Assembly (NCBI GenBank): GCA_964245415.1
Contig: CAXTMM010000003.1
Coordinates: 12,854 to 69,734 of the forward strand
DNA: 56,881 nt
DNA from: an uncultured Acidobacteriaceae bacterium
Lineage (GTDB): Bacteria > Acidobacteriota > Terriglobia > Terriglobales > Acidobacteriaceae
Direction: 5' to 3'
Each line of letters begins with the position of its first letter. Positions within the stretch are counted from its first letter, which is position 1. The position numbers and the translations under genes were made by a program. The notes below the pieces were generated by a model. That model was not told where the DNA came from. It searched no databases and saw nothing but the letters and a program-made list of their open reading frames with translations. Shown here one piece after another: positions 9,564 through 19,340 of this stretch.

Positions 9564-10667
9564 TTAACGGAAGTGCTCCAAAAACCGCGCATCGCCGCCA
9601 TACAGCAATCCGATATCAGTAATCCCGTACTTCATCATTGCTATCCGATCCACGCCCATCCCGAACGCGAAGCCGCTGATTTTCTTTGGGTCGTAGCCAG
9701 GTTGCTTTTGCTGCACGAATCCGAAGACAGCCGGGTCAACCATGCCGCAGCCCAGCAGCTCGATCCAGCCTGAGTGCTTGCACTTGCGACATCCGCCTCC
9801 TCCACAGAAAGGGCAACTGATCTGTACATCCGCCGAGGGCTCCGTGAAGGGGAAGAAGGACGGGAAAAAGCGCGTCTTGACCTGCGAGCCGAAGAACTCG
9901 CGCATGGCGTGGTCGAGCGTGCCTTTGAGGTCGGCGAAGGTGATGTTCTCGTCCACGCACAGGCCCTCGATCTGGTGGAAGACGGGCGAGTGGGTCGCGT
10001 CGGCGGCGTCGTTGCGGTGGACCTTGCCGGGGATCACGATGCGTACCGGCGGCGGCTGAGACTCCATGGTACGGATCTGGACCGGAGACGTATGCGTGCG
10101 CAAGAGCAGCCTGTCGCGCAAGGGTTTCCTTCCCTGATGGGCGAGCACGAGCGTGTCCTGGGTATCGCGCGCCGGATGCCCGGGCGGGAAGTTCAGGCTC
10201 TCGAAGTTGTAGTAATCCGTCTCAACCTCGGGGCCAACCCCGACCGAGTAGCCCATGCGCTCAAAGACCCCGACCATCTCATGCATGGTCTTAATAAGCG
10301 GGTGCTCGGCGCCAAGCGGCGGGCGGATGCCCGGCAGGGTGATGTCGATCGATTCGGCCTCGAGAGTGTGACCGCTGCCGGCCCTCACCCCATCCTCAAG
10401 GCGCTGCTCGATCTCAGCCTTAAGCGCATTGAACCGCTGGCCAAGCGTGCGCTTGGCCTCAGCGGGCGCGGCCTTGAGCCAGGCTTCCGAGACCAGCTTG
10501 AGTCGGCCCTGCTTGCGGCCGAGCCAATAGAGACGGTACTGCTCGACCTGTTCGGGAGTGGTGAGGCTGGTGGCGGCTTCGCGGGCGAGCGCGGTAAAGG
10601 CATCTTCAAGCGCGACTGCGGTGTAGCTGGTGAGTGCCGGGATTGCTCCCTGGACTATCTGGGCCAT
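9564..10667 (-). CDS. pheS: Phenylalanine--tRNA ligase alpha subunit
   Basis: HPARDTQDT, LLRTHTSPVQ, FHQIEGL, FFPFTEPS, CPFC/CRKC zinc knuckle, GFAFGMGVDR. Confidence 0.98.
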   Translation of the reverse strand: MAQIVQGAIPALTSYTAVALEDAFTALAREAATSLTTPEQVEQYRLYWLGRKQGRLKLVSEAWLKAAPAEAKRTLGQRFNALKAEIEQRLEDGVRAGSGHTLEAESIDITLPGIRPPLGAEHPLIKTMHEMVGVFERMGYSVGVGPEVETDYYNFESLNFPPGHPARDTQDTLVLAHQGRKPLRDRLLLRTHTSPVQIRTMESQPPPVRIVIPGKVHRNDAADATHSPVFHQIEGLCVDENITFADLKGTLDHAMREFFGSQVKTRFFPSFFPFTEPSADVQISCPFCGGGGCRKCKHSGWIELLGCGMVDPAVFGFVQQKQPGYDPKKISGFAFGMGVDRIAMMKYGITDIGLLYGGDARFLEHFR

Positions 10668-10855
10668 GAACGTTCAGGATAAACGATGAGCAACCTGGCT
10701 CCGCTCAAGAGTTCGTGGCTGATGTGGCGACGAGAAGCCGAAAGCTGCAGGCGAGGTGAACTGGCATTCTTGTTTGCCAAAAGCATTTAGCCGCCACGCT
10801 CAAGTTGCGGTATTCTAAAAGTTGACCCGTCTGGGAAGATTTGAGGTGTATTCCA

Positions 10856-11053
10856 TTGGCAGAGGTTCGCGTGCAGGAAGGCGAGCCGCTTGAAAATGCG
10901 CTGCGGCGCTTCAAGCGCAAGGTGCAGACCGAAGACATTATCAAGGAAGTGAAGCGTCACAGCTTCTACTTGAAACCCGGTGAAAAGCGTCGCGTGAAAG
11001 AAGCGCTGGCGCGCAAGCGGAACCGCAAGAAGGCCCGGAAAGAGGCGGATTAA
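10856..11053 (+). CDS. rpsU: 30S ribosomal protein S21
   Basis: AEVRVQEGEPLENALRRFKRKV...FYLKPGEKRR. TTG start at 10856 with GAGGTG SD at 10843-10848. Confidence 0.96.
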   Translation: MAEVRVQEGEPLENALRRFKRKVQTEDIIKEVKRHSFYLKPGEKRRVKEALARKRNRKKARKEAD

Positions 11054-11071
11054 TCTTTCTGGAGTTACCAG

Positions 11072-11106
11072 CAAAGGGCCCGGCGCTTAGAGCGCCGGGC
11101 CCTTTG
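11072..11106 (+). terminator. Rho-independent terminator after rpsU
   Basis: CAAAGGGCCCGGCGCT-tag-AGCGCCGGGCCCTTTG, a perfect 16-bp stem followed by T-rich sequence. Confidence 0.85.
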
Positions 11107-11342
11107 TCTGTTTGGCTCGCACAATGGCGATAGACGTGGGCTATGCTTTTTCATAGATACCTTCAAGATTCAGATATGAGGCAAGCCTGCTTCTTTCCTG
11201 ATCCACAAATCCTTGTTTTGCTCGCTTATGGATGTTCTTTGCTTTGTAATCGCTAGGCGAGGTTTGGCACTCCGCGTGCTATCGTGGCTCCAAGGCGATA
11301 GCTCAAATTTAAATCTAGAACCGACTGTGCGCACGTTCAGGC

Positions 11343-14300
11343 GTGACGAGCCAAGAAGAGAGGGTTCTCGTGGAAGTCCGTTCAAAACACTACCTGATCG
11401 CAGCTCTATTAAGCTGTGCAGTTGCTGGATCGACAGCTTGCTTTCATCCAGTTGTCTTTGCACAAACCAGCAAGGGTATTCTAAGTGGCACGGTTCATGA
11501 CAGCTCTGGAGCTGTCATAAGCGGTGCCACGCTTCAGGTCCTTAACGAAGCGACCGGGGAGTCGCGGAGCTTTACTTCAAACGCCAGTGGAGAGTATCGC
11601 GCGGACGGCTTGGCGCCGGGCCAGTACACCATCGATATCGAGTCACCCGGCTTCCAGCGCGAACACGTGGAGCACCTCCACGTTGACCCCTCCGTCGTGA
11701 CATCCTACAGCTCCAACTTGAAGCCGGGCGGTAACCAGGAGACAGTTACCATACAGGCAAATACCAATCTCATTAACACTGAGAATGCTCAGCAGGCCAC
11801 GAGTATAGGGGTAGCCGAGCTCCGCAATGTGCCCATCTTCAGCCTGAACCCGATCGAGTTGGTCAAGACGGCGCCGGGAGTTCAGCTTGTGGATCAGGGC
11901 GGATTCAGCAATGGGGTCACGATCCAGGTGAACGGCTCACGCCCACGCGCGAACAGTTTTCTCATCGATGGGCAGGACATCAATGATCCCGGGATAGCCG
12001 GCCAGGCGATTCAGGCCGAAATACCCGATATGTATGCCTCTGTCACGATCATCACGAACTCGGCTACTGCGGAGTACGGCGGGGCTGGGGGTGGCATCGT
12101 GAATCTGATCACCCAGGGTGGAACGAACAAATTTCACGGCGACGCTTGGGAGCTCTACTCCGGGTCTGGAGTTAATGCACTGGACGGCCAGCAACGCCAA
12201 CTCGCCCACACACATGGATTAAAGAGTCGTTATGATCAGCACCAGTTCGGCTTTACTGCTGGCGGGCCGTTGATTCGAGATAAGCTTTTCGCATTCGGCG
12301 GTGTGCAGTTCTCCCGGTATTATGGAAATGAGACGGCAGCACAGAATCTCCTGCCTGATGCCGCAGGAATCTCGACTTTGCAAAGCTTGAGCGGTCAATA
12401 CCCGAATGCTGCCCTGCTTTTGGCGTTAGTAGATAACGGCAGTTACCTGGCCACCTCCCGCTTAAACCAGAACATCCCGCCTACGCTCGTCGATCTCGGA
12501 ACAGATGCATCCGGTAATTCCCGTGGCTCCGTTGAGCTCGCTCAATACCAGCGGCCACCGACGCCAGAGCAGAATCCAGACACGCAATGGACGTATCGGG
12601 TCGACTGGTTGCCTCTGCCTAGTGACACGATCTACGTTCGTTATCTTCATGACCGTACGCTGCTTACGCCGGATTTTTTCACTAACGCTACTGCCCTTGC
12701 CGGCTTTGATACGGACCAGGGGAGCACCTCCGAGCAATTTGGCGGAAACTGGATTCACGTCTTCAATGACCGACTGCTGAACGAGTTCCGGGTTTCCGAA
12801 ACCAGGACAAATTCGTTCTTTGACTTTACTGCTCAGACAAGCGCCAATCCCTTGGCCAAGACTCCGGCAATCACCTTTGAAGTGGAAAGCGGTGGTGGCT
12901 TCCCAACCATCGGCTCGCCTTCGGGCTATCCACAGGGTAGCTCTCAGGACATCTATCAAGCGCAGGATACGGTTAGCTTTACGAGAGGCCGCCATACCCT
13001 TCGCGTAGGGACCGACGTGGGCCGGACTATCCTTCGCGAGCAGGTGCCATTCAACTACTACGGGACACTCAACTTCAACAGCGGCGGAGGTTATACCGAT
13101 CTCGGAAACTTCCTAGATAACTACTTAGGGCCCTCTGGCACAGCGCAGATCAACTTTGGTAGCCCGCGTGTCGATCCCCACGCATTCAATCAAGCGTACT
13201 TCGGACAAGACGACGTCAAGTTTTCACCGGAGTTAACGATGAACTTCGGCGTTCGTTACGAGTACCGCCGTAATCCCGAGAACTCACTCGCTTACCCCGC
13301 ACTTGACCCAAACAATCCATTTGCTTCAATCGGTACCAGGGTTTCCGTCAAGGAAGATCTGAACAATATAGCTCCGCGGCTTGGGCTCGCCTATGCGCCC
13401 CAAGGCGGAGGGATCCTCGGCAGCGGCAAGACTGTGTACCATGCCGGCTACGGAATCTTCTACGATTTTGTCTTCACCAACATCGTAGACAACAGCCAGG
13501 CATCGGCGCCGAACACGATCGCTCCGGAGGCTATTTCTACTCAAGGCAGAGGTGTTGGAAATGCTACGGGGCTCATTCCAACGCTATCGCCGGTGCTCAA
13601 TCCGCAATCTACAGTCGAATTAGTGAACAATAATTTGGTCAATCCGCAAACGCATGAATGGAATCTTGGCTTTGAACATCAGCTGCCTTTCGACATCAAG
13701 TGGTCACTTTCGTATGTCGGGGCAAGGGGTGAGAAATTATTCGCGAATCAGCAATTCAACTACTTTGATCCAACCACTGGAGAACGGTTAAATCCTAGTC
13801 GCGGGGCCATCATCACGCGTGGGAACTATGCCGACTCGATCTACCATGGCCTAACTACTGAGGTCTCGCACGCCTTTACTCATGGACTCCTCGTGCGCGG
13901 CACGTACACCTATAGCAAAGTGCTAGACGACGGCTCGGAGGTATTCGCCACCTTTAACCAAAATACGTCCTATGCAGCTAACCTTGCTCCCGGGGGACGA
14001 GCGGGAGAGTGGAGTCGGTCCGCTTACGACCACCGGCACTACTTTGCCGTTCAATATGTGTATGAATTGCCCGGCTACAGCCGCGAGAGAGTCCTGTCCT
14101 TGCTTACAAAGAACTGGACCGTTGCAGGCGACACCATACTACAATCGGGCCCCCCGTCTACCTGGGGAATCGACGGGATCGATACGAATGGAGATGGCAG
14201 CTTTACGAATGATCGGCCGCAACTATCAAACCCAGGCGCCCCCTATACCGCGGTTGGCATTGACGGTGAATTGCTGGGTGCGACATCCATCCCCGGAACC

Positions 14301-14681
14301 TACTTCGACCTGGCGACCTACAATGCGTCCGGAGGTGCAACTCTTAACCCGATAGATCCTAATGCGGCGCACTTTCTTGTACCTTTGTTCGCCGGGAACG
14401 TCCGACGGGATAGTTACAATGAGCCGGGTGTCCAATACTGGAATCTTTCGTTAGAAAAGGATATTCCAGTCCGGCTTGCGCATCTGGAGAACGCCAGCTT
14501 TCAGATCCGAGCAGAGGCTCAGGACATTGGGAATCACAACAACGTTGAACCAGTAGATACAAACGTGACCGATGCAGGCACTCCTTCTTACCTCAACCCG
14601 ACGCAGTTCAGGTCGAACGTAAACAACGGGGGTCTCGCACAGGGTCGTGTAATGCGCTTCTGGGCTAAGTTTACCTTCTAA
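11343..14681 (+). CDS. Oar-like TonB-dependent outer-membrane receptor with carboxypeptidase-regulatory-like N-domain
   Basis: Signal peptide, GILSGTVHDSSGAVISGA, NGSRPRANSFLIDG, GTNKFHG, NNIAPRLGLAY and terminal KFTF. True start may be the GTG near 11370. Confidence 0.93.
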   Translation: MTSQEERVLVEVRSKHYLIAALLSCAVAGSTACFHPVVFAQTSKGILSGTVHDSSGAVISGATLQVLNEATGESRSFTSNASGEYRADGLAPGQYTIDIESPGFQREHVEHLHVDPSVVTSYSSNLKPGGNQETVTIQANTNLINTENAQQATSIGVAELRNVPIFSLNPIELVKTAPGVQLVDQGGFSNGVTIQVNGSRPRANSFLIDGQDINDPGIAGQAIQAEIPDMYASVTIITNSATAEYGGAGGGIVNLITQGGTNKFHGDAWELYSGSGVNALDGQQRQLAHTHGLKSRYDQHQFGFTAGGPLIRDKLFAFGGVQFSRYYGNETAAQNLLPDAAGISTLQSLSGQYPNAALLLALVDNGSYLATSRLNQNIPPTLVDLGTDASGNSRGSVELAQYQRPPTPEQNPDTQWTYRVDWLPLPSDTIYVRYLHDRTLLTPDFFTNATALAGFDTDQGSTSEQFGGNWIHVFNDRLLNEFRVSETRTNSFFDFTAQTSANPLAKTPAITFEVESGGGFPTIGSPSGYPQGSSQDIYQAQDTVSFTRGRHTLRVGTDVGRTILREQVPFNYYGTLNFNSGGGYTDLGNFLDNYLGPSGTAQINFGSPRVDPHAFNQAYFGQDDVKFSPELTMNFGVRYEYRRNPENSLAYPALDPNNPFASIGTRVSVKEDLNNIAPRLGLAYAPQGGGILGSGKTVYHAGYGIFYDFVFTNIVDNSQASAPNTIAPEAISTQGRGVGNATGLIPTLSPVLNPQSTVELVNNNLVNPQTHEWNLGFEHQLPFDIKWSLSYVGARGEKLFANQQFNYFDPTTGERLNPSRGAIITRGNYADSIYHGLTTEVSHAFTHGLLVRGTYTYSKVLDDGSEVFATFNQNTSYAANLAPGGRAGEWSRSAYDHRHYFAVQYVYELPGYSRERVLSLLTKNWTVAGDTILQSGPPSTWGIDGIDTNGDGSFTNDRPQLSNPGAPYTAVGIDGELLGATSIPGTYFDLATYNASGGATLNPIDPNAAHFLVPLFAGNVRRDSYNEPGVQYWNLSLEKDIPVRLAHLENASFQIRAEAQDIGNHNNVEPVDTNVTDAGTPSYLNPTQFRSNVNNGGLAQGRVMRFWAKFTF

Positions 14682-14829
14682 CGCAACTGCGAGACAGGCA
14701 AGTCATTCGCATAGACATAAACAGAAGCGGACGCTCTCCAGTTAAGCGTCCATCTTTCCTTGTACGGCCTCAAAGCTAGTGATCAGTCCATTTCCTCTTG
14801 ACCCATGCTCCCTTTTTTGAAGATGTTGG

Positions 14830-15264
14830 CTAGGAAGCGGCCCCTGCAACTTCGCGCTTTCCAGCAGAACTGTGCCCGTCCTTGCGCCTTTTGTCCTCGT
14901 GGCTAACAAGCAAGGCTTCCAATTGAGTCAAAAGGTCGTGCGTGTTCATGGGCTTGACCAGCATCTTGTCTGCGCCCCCGTCGCCCCACTCCGAGCCGGG
15001 CAGCGGGAACGCGGTGAGCATGGCGACTGCCGGCTGATAGGGAGCTTTTTTCGCGGCCGCGACTACCTCAAGGCCGGAGCTTTCCGTTTCCATACGCATG
15101 TCCGTGATGACCATCTGGTATTGATTTGCCCTGATCTTGGCCTTGGCTTCGCGTGCTGAAGCGGCAGTCTCGACGGCAAAGCCGCTTATCTCGAGCACAG
15201 CCTTGAGTGTCAGCAGAATGGTGAGTTCATCGTCTACGAGCAGGATCCGTCGTTTTATCGCCAT
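14830..15264 (-). CDS. Single-domain response regulator (CheY-like receiver)
   Basis: ILLVDDE, ITDMRM (phospho-Asp), MLTA and VKP; GGAG SD upstream. Confidence 0.93.
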   Translation of the reverse strand: MAIKRRILLVDDELTILLTLKAVLEISGFAVETAASAREAKAKIRANQYQMVITDMRMETESSGLEVVAAAKKAPYQPAVAMLTAFPLPGSEWGDGGADKMLVKPMNTHDLLTQLEALLVSHEDKRRKDGHSSAGKREVAGAAS

Positions 15265-15614
15265 GCAGGGACTCCTCTAACGTACCGCAGCCAGCAGATT
15301 CTAGCAGTTACGAGCATAGCGCGTCGTGTTTGCAAGCTAAAGAGTGCCTCATTTTTTGACGCAGTAGTGAGAAGAGTGGGTCCAACGTTCCGCGATTTTG
15401 GATCTGGAGCGGCAGAGTCTGATCAAGGCTGATCTGCGACTCGAGGTCGGGCAGAGCCAGATAGTTGCCCATGCGACCGATGCAGGCGGCCGAGGGCGGT
15501 GTCAGCGCCTTGAAAGTGCGTAGCAGCACGTGCTTGATCGGCGGACAGCCACTTGATTACCAGTGATAGACTAGAATCGACGGCGAGCATTTCTCACATG
15601 TTCCGGAGGGAATC

Positions 15615-16253
15615 ATCGACAAGCGTTCGGCCAAGCAGTTTATCCGTATCAATGACAAGATTCGCGCGCGCGAAGTACGTGTGATCGACGAGAATGGCGA
15701 GCAGCTGGGAATTCTGGCGCCCTTTGAGGCGTTAAAGATCGCTCGGGAGCGCGGGCTTGATCTCGTCGAAGTATCGCCGAGTGCCGTACCGCCTGTGTGT
15801 CGCATCCAGGACTACGGCAAATTTCTTTACGAGAAGGACAAAAGCGACCGGGCTGCACGCAAAAAACAAAAGATCATTGTCATCAAAGAAGTGAAGTTCT
15901 CGGTTACCGTGGACGAGCATGACTACCAGACAAAGAAGAACATGGCGGTCCGGTTCCTCGGCGAAGGGGACAAGGTCAAGGCTTCTTTGCGCTTCCGCGG
16001 CCGGCAGATGGCGCATCGTGATCTCGGTTACAACATCATCAACCGGTTGATCCTCGATATTGGGGAGACTGGTGTGGTGGAGTTTATGCCGCGCATGGAA
16101 GGCACGACCCTGCATGCAATCATTGCGCCGGGCAAGAAGCTGATGGCGGAGAAAGAAGCGGCTTCAGCGGCAGCCAATGTTGCAAAAAAGGCTGCTCCCA
16201 AGCCTGCTCAGGCGCCCGCACCCGCTGTACAGGCTGGGTCTGGGGTGCACTAG
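15615..16253 (+). CDS. infC: Translation initiation factor IF-3 with non-canonical ATC start
   Basis: IRINDKIRAREVRVID, DLVEVSP, PPVCRIQDYGKF, KEVKF, DKVKASLRFRGR. GGAGG at 15605-15609 precedes in-frame ATC codons at 15612/15615; no ATG covers the conserved N-terminus. Confidence 0.96.
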   Translation: MDKRSAKQFIRINDKIRAREVRVIDENGEQLGILAPFEALKIARERGLDLVEVSPSAVPPVCRIQDYGKFLYEKDKSDRAARKKQKIIVIKEVKFSVTVDEHDYQTKKNMAVRFLGEGDKVKASLRFRGRQMAHRDLGYNIINRLILDIGETGVVEFMPRMEGTTLHAIIAPGKKLMAEKEAASAAANVAKKAAPKPAQAPAPAVQAGSGVH

Positions 16254-16273
16254 GATTTCAATCTCTTCGCGGG

Positions 16274-16305
16274 AGGAGCGCCCTTGTGGGCGCTCCTTTT
16301 TGTTT
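16274..16305 (+). terminator. Rho-independent terminator after infC
   Basis: AGGAGCGCCC-ttgt-GGGCGCTCCT followed by TTTTGTTT. Confidence 0.9.
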
Positions 16306-16347
16306 GAAACCGTTCCCGCCAGGAAAAACGCCGGCTTGCGGAGCCCG

Positions 16348-16656
16348 TTACGTTGCTTGTTTCTGTTGAAATTGCACGCTCAAGAGGATGCTGATAGCCG
16401 CAATGCCTGCGAAGAAGACCACGATCGCTGCATCGCCTCCGCTTGAGACCTTCCCGACTCGCATCAGGATGTATCCGACCGCCAGGTTGAGGAGAGCCCA
16501 AAAAACGTTCACCGTTGGTGAGGACAATCCTCTACCTGGAGGGTGAGCGAAGGGCGTCGGAAAGGGGTCGCCAGAGATGCCATGGACGAAGTGCGGCACG
16601 AGATTAGCGAGAAACATCCCGGCGAAGAAGCAAGCGACGTAGTCATACCAGGGCAT
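16348..16656 (-). CDS. Small membrane protein (about 3 TM)
   Basis: Hydrophobic 102-aa ORF with NLVPHFVHGISGDPFPTPFAHPPG motif; GGAGAGG SD. Confidence 0.8.
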   Translation of the reverse strand: MPWYDYVACFFAGMFLANLVPHFVHGISGDPFPTPFAHPPGRGLSSPTVNVFWALLNLAVGYILMRVGKVSSGGDAAIVVFFAGIAAISILLSVQFQQKQAT

Positions 16657-16724
16657 TGAAACTTCCTCTCCAACACGCTTTCTTTAGATGGAGGCCTAGC
16701 TATGTGGACTCTTGATTTTATCAT

Positions 16725-18302
16725 TCAAGACTTGCGTGTGAGCGGCGGGACGGTCATACCGGGCGTCAGTTGAGGGCGCCGGGTGTGCCACTGCGTGGCA
16801 GACTCATAAGCCTTGGCCAGCGCCAGGATGCGGCCCTCGGAAAACCTGGGTCCGCCAATCATCAGGCCTATGGGCAGGCCATCTCTCGAGAAGCCGCAGG
16901 GGATCGAGATCGCCGGAATCCCGAGCAGGTTGAAGGCGATTGCGTTCGAGTCGACTTCTGGTTCGTGGGGCTTCGGGTCTTCCTCCCGGCTCAATTCTTC
17001 GTTGATCGTGCGTGGCATCACGCGCATCATTGGCAGGGCGACCAGGTCAAAGTCGGAGAAAGCATCGTCGACCGTCTTGCGCAGGCGGACGAGCTCCCAC
17101 TGGGCAGAGACGTAGTCGGCCACCTTGCCTGAGCAGGCCTCAGCCAAGCTATCGTTGAGGCCGCTCTGGGTGTCGGCGACTACCCGCCGGGTCTGGAGCG
17201 AGTAGGCATCCTCGTTATAGCGAAAGAGCTCCTGGTGCACGGCCTCTACCTCGCCGGAACGCACGGCGGCCCAGCGGATGTGCGAGGTGGAGGGGAGCTG
17301 AACCGTTTTTGTCTCGTGCACAAGCGTCGTGAGGATCGCGATAGCCTGCTCGGTCGCGATGGCGATCTCCGGGTCAAGATGGTCAAAGAAGGGCGCCAGC
17401 GGGATGCCGAGACGCAGGCCCGCCACGGGTTCCCGCATCAGCGCGGCATAGTCTTCGTGCGGGTGCTCAACGCTTGCCACATCGAGCTTGTCGTAGCCGG
17501 TCATGGCGGTGAGCAGCAGGGCGGCGTCTTCGACGGTGCGGGCAAGAGGGCCGCAGTGGTCGAGCGAGTAGATGAGCGGGAAGATGCCGCGGAGCGAGAC
17601 CAAGCCATACGTGGGCTTGAGGCCGACGAGGCTGCAGTAGGCAGCGGGCATGCGGATGGACCCGCCGGTGTCGGTGCCGAGGGCAGCGGGCGCGAGCTCG
17701 GCGATGAGTGCCGCAGCCGAACCGCCGGAGGAACCGGAAGGGGTTCGGTCAAGCGCCCACGGATTGCGCACGGGTCCAAAGTAGGTGGTGGCCGAGCTTC
17801 CGCCCATGGCGAACTCGTGCAGGTTCGTCTTGCCGAGCAGGATGGCGCCAGCCTGCTTGAGCTGAGTGATGACGAAGGCATCTTCGGTGGGCACGCGGTC
17901 GTCGAAGAGCTTGCTGCCGGCAGTGGTGCGGGTGCCGGCGGTATCGACGTTGTCCTTGATGGCGAGTGGGATTCCATGGAGTGGACCGCGGAAGTGGCCG
18001 GCAGCGGCTTCGCGGTCGAGCGCGACGGCCTGGGCCAGCGCGGCCTCAGCCATGACGGTGATGTAGGCGTTGAGGAGCGGGTTATAGATCGTGATCCGGT
18101 TGAGCAGCGCCTGGGTGAGTTGAGCTGAGGTGATCTGCCGTTTGTGGATCAGGCGCGAGGCTTCGGATAGCGAAAGCGCGGTGATTGGTGTTTCCGATGC
18201 GTGGTGCTCCACGAGCTGGGCGGATGCCCGCCCGCACCCGAAATAGAAGGCGGCGGTTGCAGTCGCGGTAGAGAGAAAGTCTCTACGGTTCGATTTGGGC
18301 AT
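16725..18302 (-). CDS. Tat-exported amidase-signature family enzyme
   Basis: NRRDFL twin-arginine leader, IPLAIKD, GKTNLHEF, SGSSGGSA and GTDTGGSIRMPA. GGAGG SD before the ATG at 18302. Confidence 0.9.
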   Translation of the reverse strand: MPKSNRRDFLSTATATAAFYFGCGRASAQLVEHHASETPITALSLSEASRLIHKRQITSAQLTQALLNRITIYNPLLNAYITVMAEAALAQAVALDREAAAGHFRGPLHGIPLAIKDNVDTAGTRTTAGSKLFDDRVPTEDAFVITQLKQAGAILLGKTNLHEFAMGGSSATTYFGPVRNPWALDRTPSGSSGGSAAALIAELAPAALGTDTGGSIRMPAAYCSLVGLKPTYGLVSLRGIFPLIYSLDHCGPLARTVEDAALLLTAMTGYDKLDVASVEHPHEDYAALMREPVAGLRLGIPLAPFFDHLDPEIAIATEQAIAILTTLVHETKTVQLPSTSHIRWAAVRSGEVEAVHQELFRYNEDAYSLQTRRVVADTQSGLNDSLAEACSGKVADYVSAQWELVRLRKTVDDAFSDFDLVALPMMRVMPRTINEELSREEDPKPHEPEVDSNAIAFNLLGIPAISIPCGFSRDGLPIGLMIGGPRFSEGRILALAKAYESATQWHTRRPQLTPGMTVPPLTRKS

Positions 18303-18371
18303 GCGGTCCACCTCCCTAGAGATTGCCGTGAGGCTCAAGACAACGCAGCGGCAACTAACAACGCGATCTAC

Positions 18372-19292
18372 TTACTTTACTTTGGGCAGCGTGCCAAGCC
18401 AGTTCAGCATGGCTGTTTCGGCAGCGATCCGGTGATCACTGAAGCTGTGGTCAGTAACCATGTGCTGCTCAGCCACGTGCGGGTCGCCAGCCTTCAGCAG
18501 CGCCTCAGCCATTGCGACGTTCGCTTCGGCCAGCCCGTCGTCGGCGTCAAGCACCAGCGCAGGCATGGGCCGGATGGCCGCCGCCCAATCGACGAAGTTC
18601 CAATGCGCGGCATGGCTGGACACGTCTGCCCAGAGGCTCTCTGCGGTGCAGCCGGCAAGCGGCGGCAGCTCAGTGCGGAAGAACCCGATCATCTGCTGTC
18701 GGGCCTCCGGCGTTTTCGCGTGAGCGGCCATGCCGCCGAAGTTCGCAGCGCTCATCACAGCAACCCCCTCGAGCCAAGGGTGGGTGCTGGCCGCGTGGAG
18801 GGCCAAAAAGCCGCCCATGCTGTGCCCGATCACGACAATATCTTTGGGATCGAGGGCGTACTTGGCGTCTGTGGCTGGGTCGCGCAGAAAGGCGAGCGCC
18901 GCGTCTGTGTCCTCAATCGCATGCGAGAACGAGAAGGCTCCAGGCGAACCCCACGACCCGCGATAGTGGAAGGTAAGCACACTCCAGCCGACGCGGCGCA
19001 TGGCCTGGGCGAGATCGAGGTTCTGCTCGTTGCCGGGGAAGCCGTGGAGCAACAGGACCACCGGATGAGGGCCGGCGCCGGAAGCCAGGTAGAAGACCGC
19101 GTTCATGGCTGAGCCCTGGCTGGGCACTGTCAGCTCGACCAGACGGGCGGGGTGCTGCGGGTCAGCCGGTGGGTCGGCGGCGAGCGCGGCTAGCAGGGAC
19201 TGGCTCGGCTGCTGAGCAATGCATTGAGGCGCCGTGCCGGCTAGCGCCAGCTGGATAGCAACCGCGTAAATCCATTTCGTTCGCATGGCCAT
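18372..19292 (-). CDS. Exported alpha/beta hydrolase
   Basis: Signal peptide, HGFPG, YRGSWGS, nucleophile elbow GHSMGG and C-terminal DHSF. Confidence 0.9.
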   Translation of the reverse strand: MAMRTKWIYAVAIQLALAGTAPQCIAQQPSQSLLAALAADPPADPQHPARLVELTVPSQGSAMNAVFYLASGAGPHPVVLLLHGFPGNEQNLDLAQAMRRVGWSVLTFHYRGSWGSPGAFSFSHAIEDTDAALAFLRDPATDAKYALDPKDIVVIGHSMGGFLALHAASTHPWLEGVAVMSAANFGGMAAHAKTPEARQQMIGFFRTELPPLAGCTAESLWADVSSHAAHWNFVDWAAAIRPMPALVLDADDGLAEANVAMAEALLKAGDPHVAEQHMVTDHSFSDHRIAAETAMLNWLGTLPKVK

Positions 19293-19340
19293 GGCTCCCT
19301 GGTAAATGCACTTAGTAGAACACTCGGCCAGCGCTGGCCC

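Noticed and set aside
9774-10682. 302-aa plus-strand ORF
   Set aside because: Antisense shadow of pheS.
15308-15529. 73-aa minus-strand ORF between the response regulator and infC
   Set aside because: No SD, no recognisable motif, and it lies in a probable divergent promoter region; cannot be supported.
16725-18338. Calling the amidase gatA
   Set aside because: It has a Tat export signal and no gatB/gatC neighbours.
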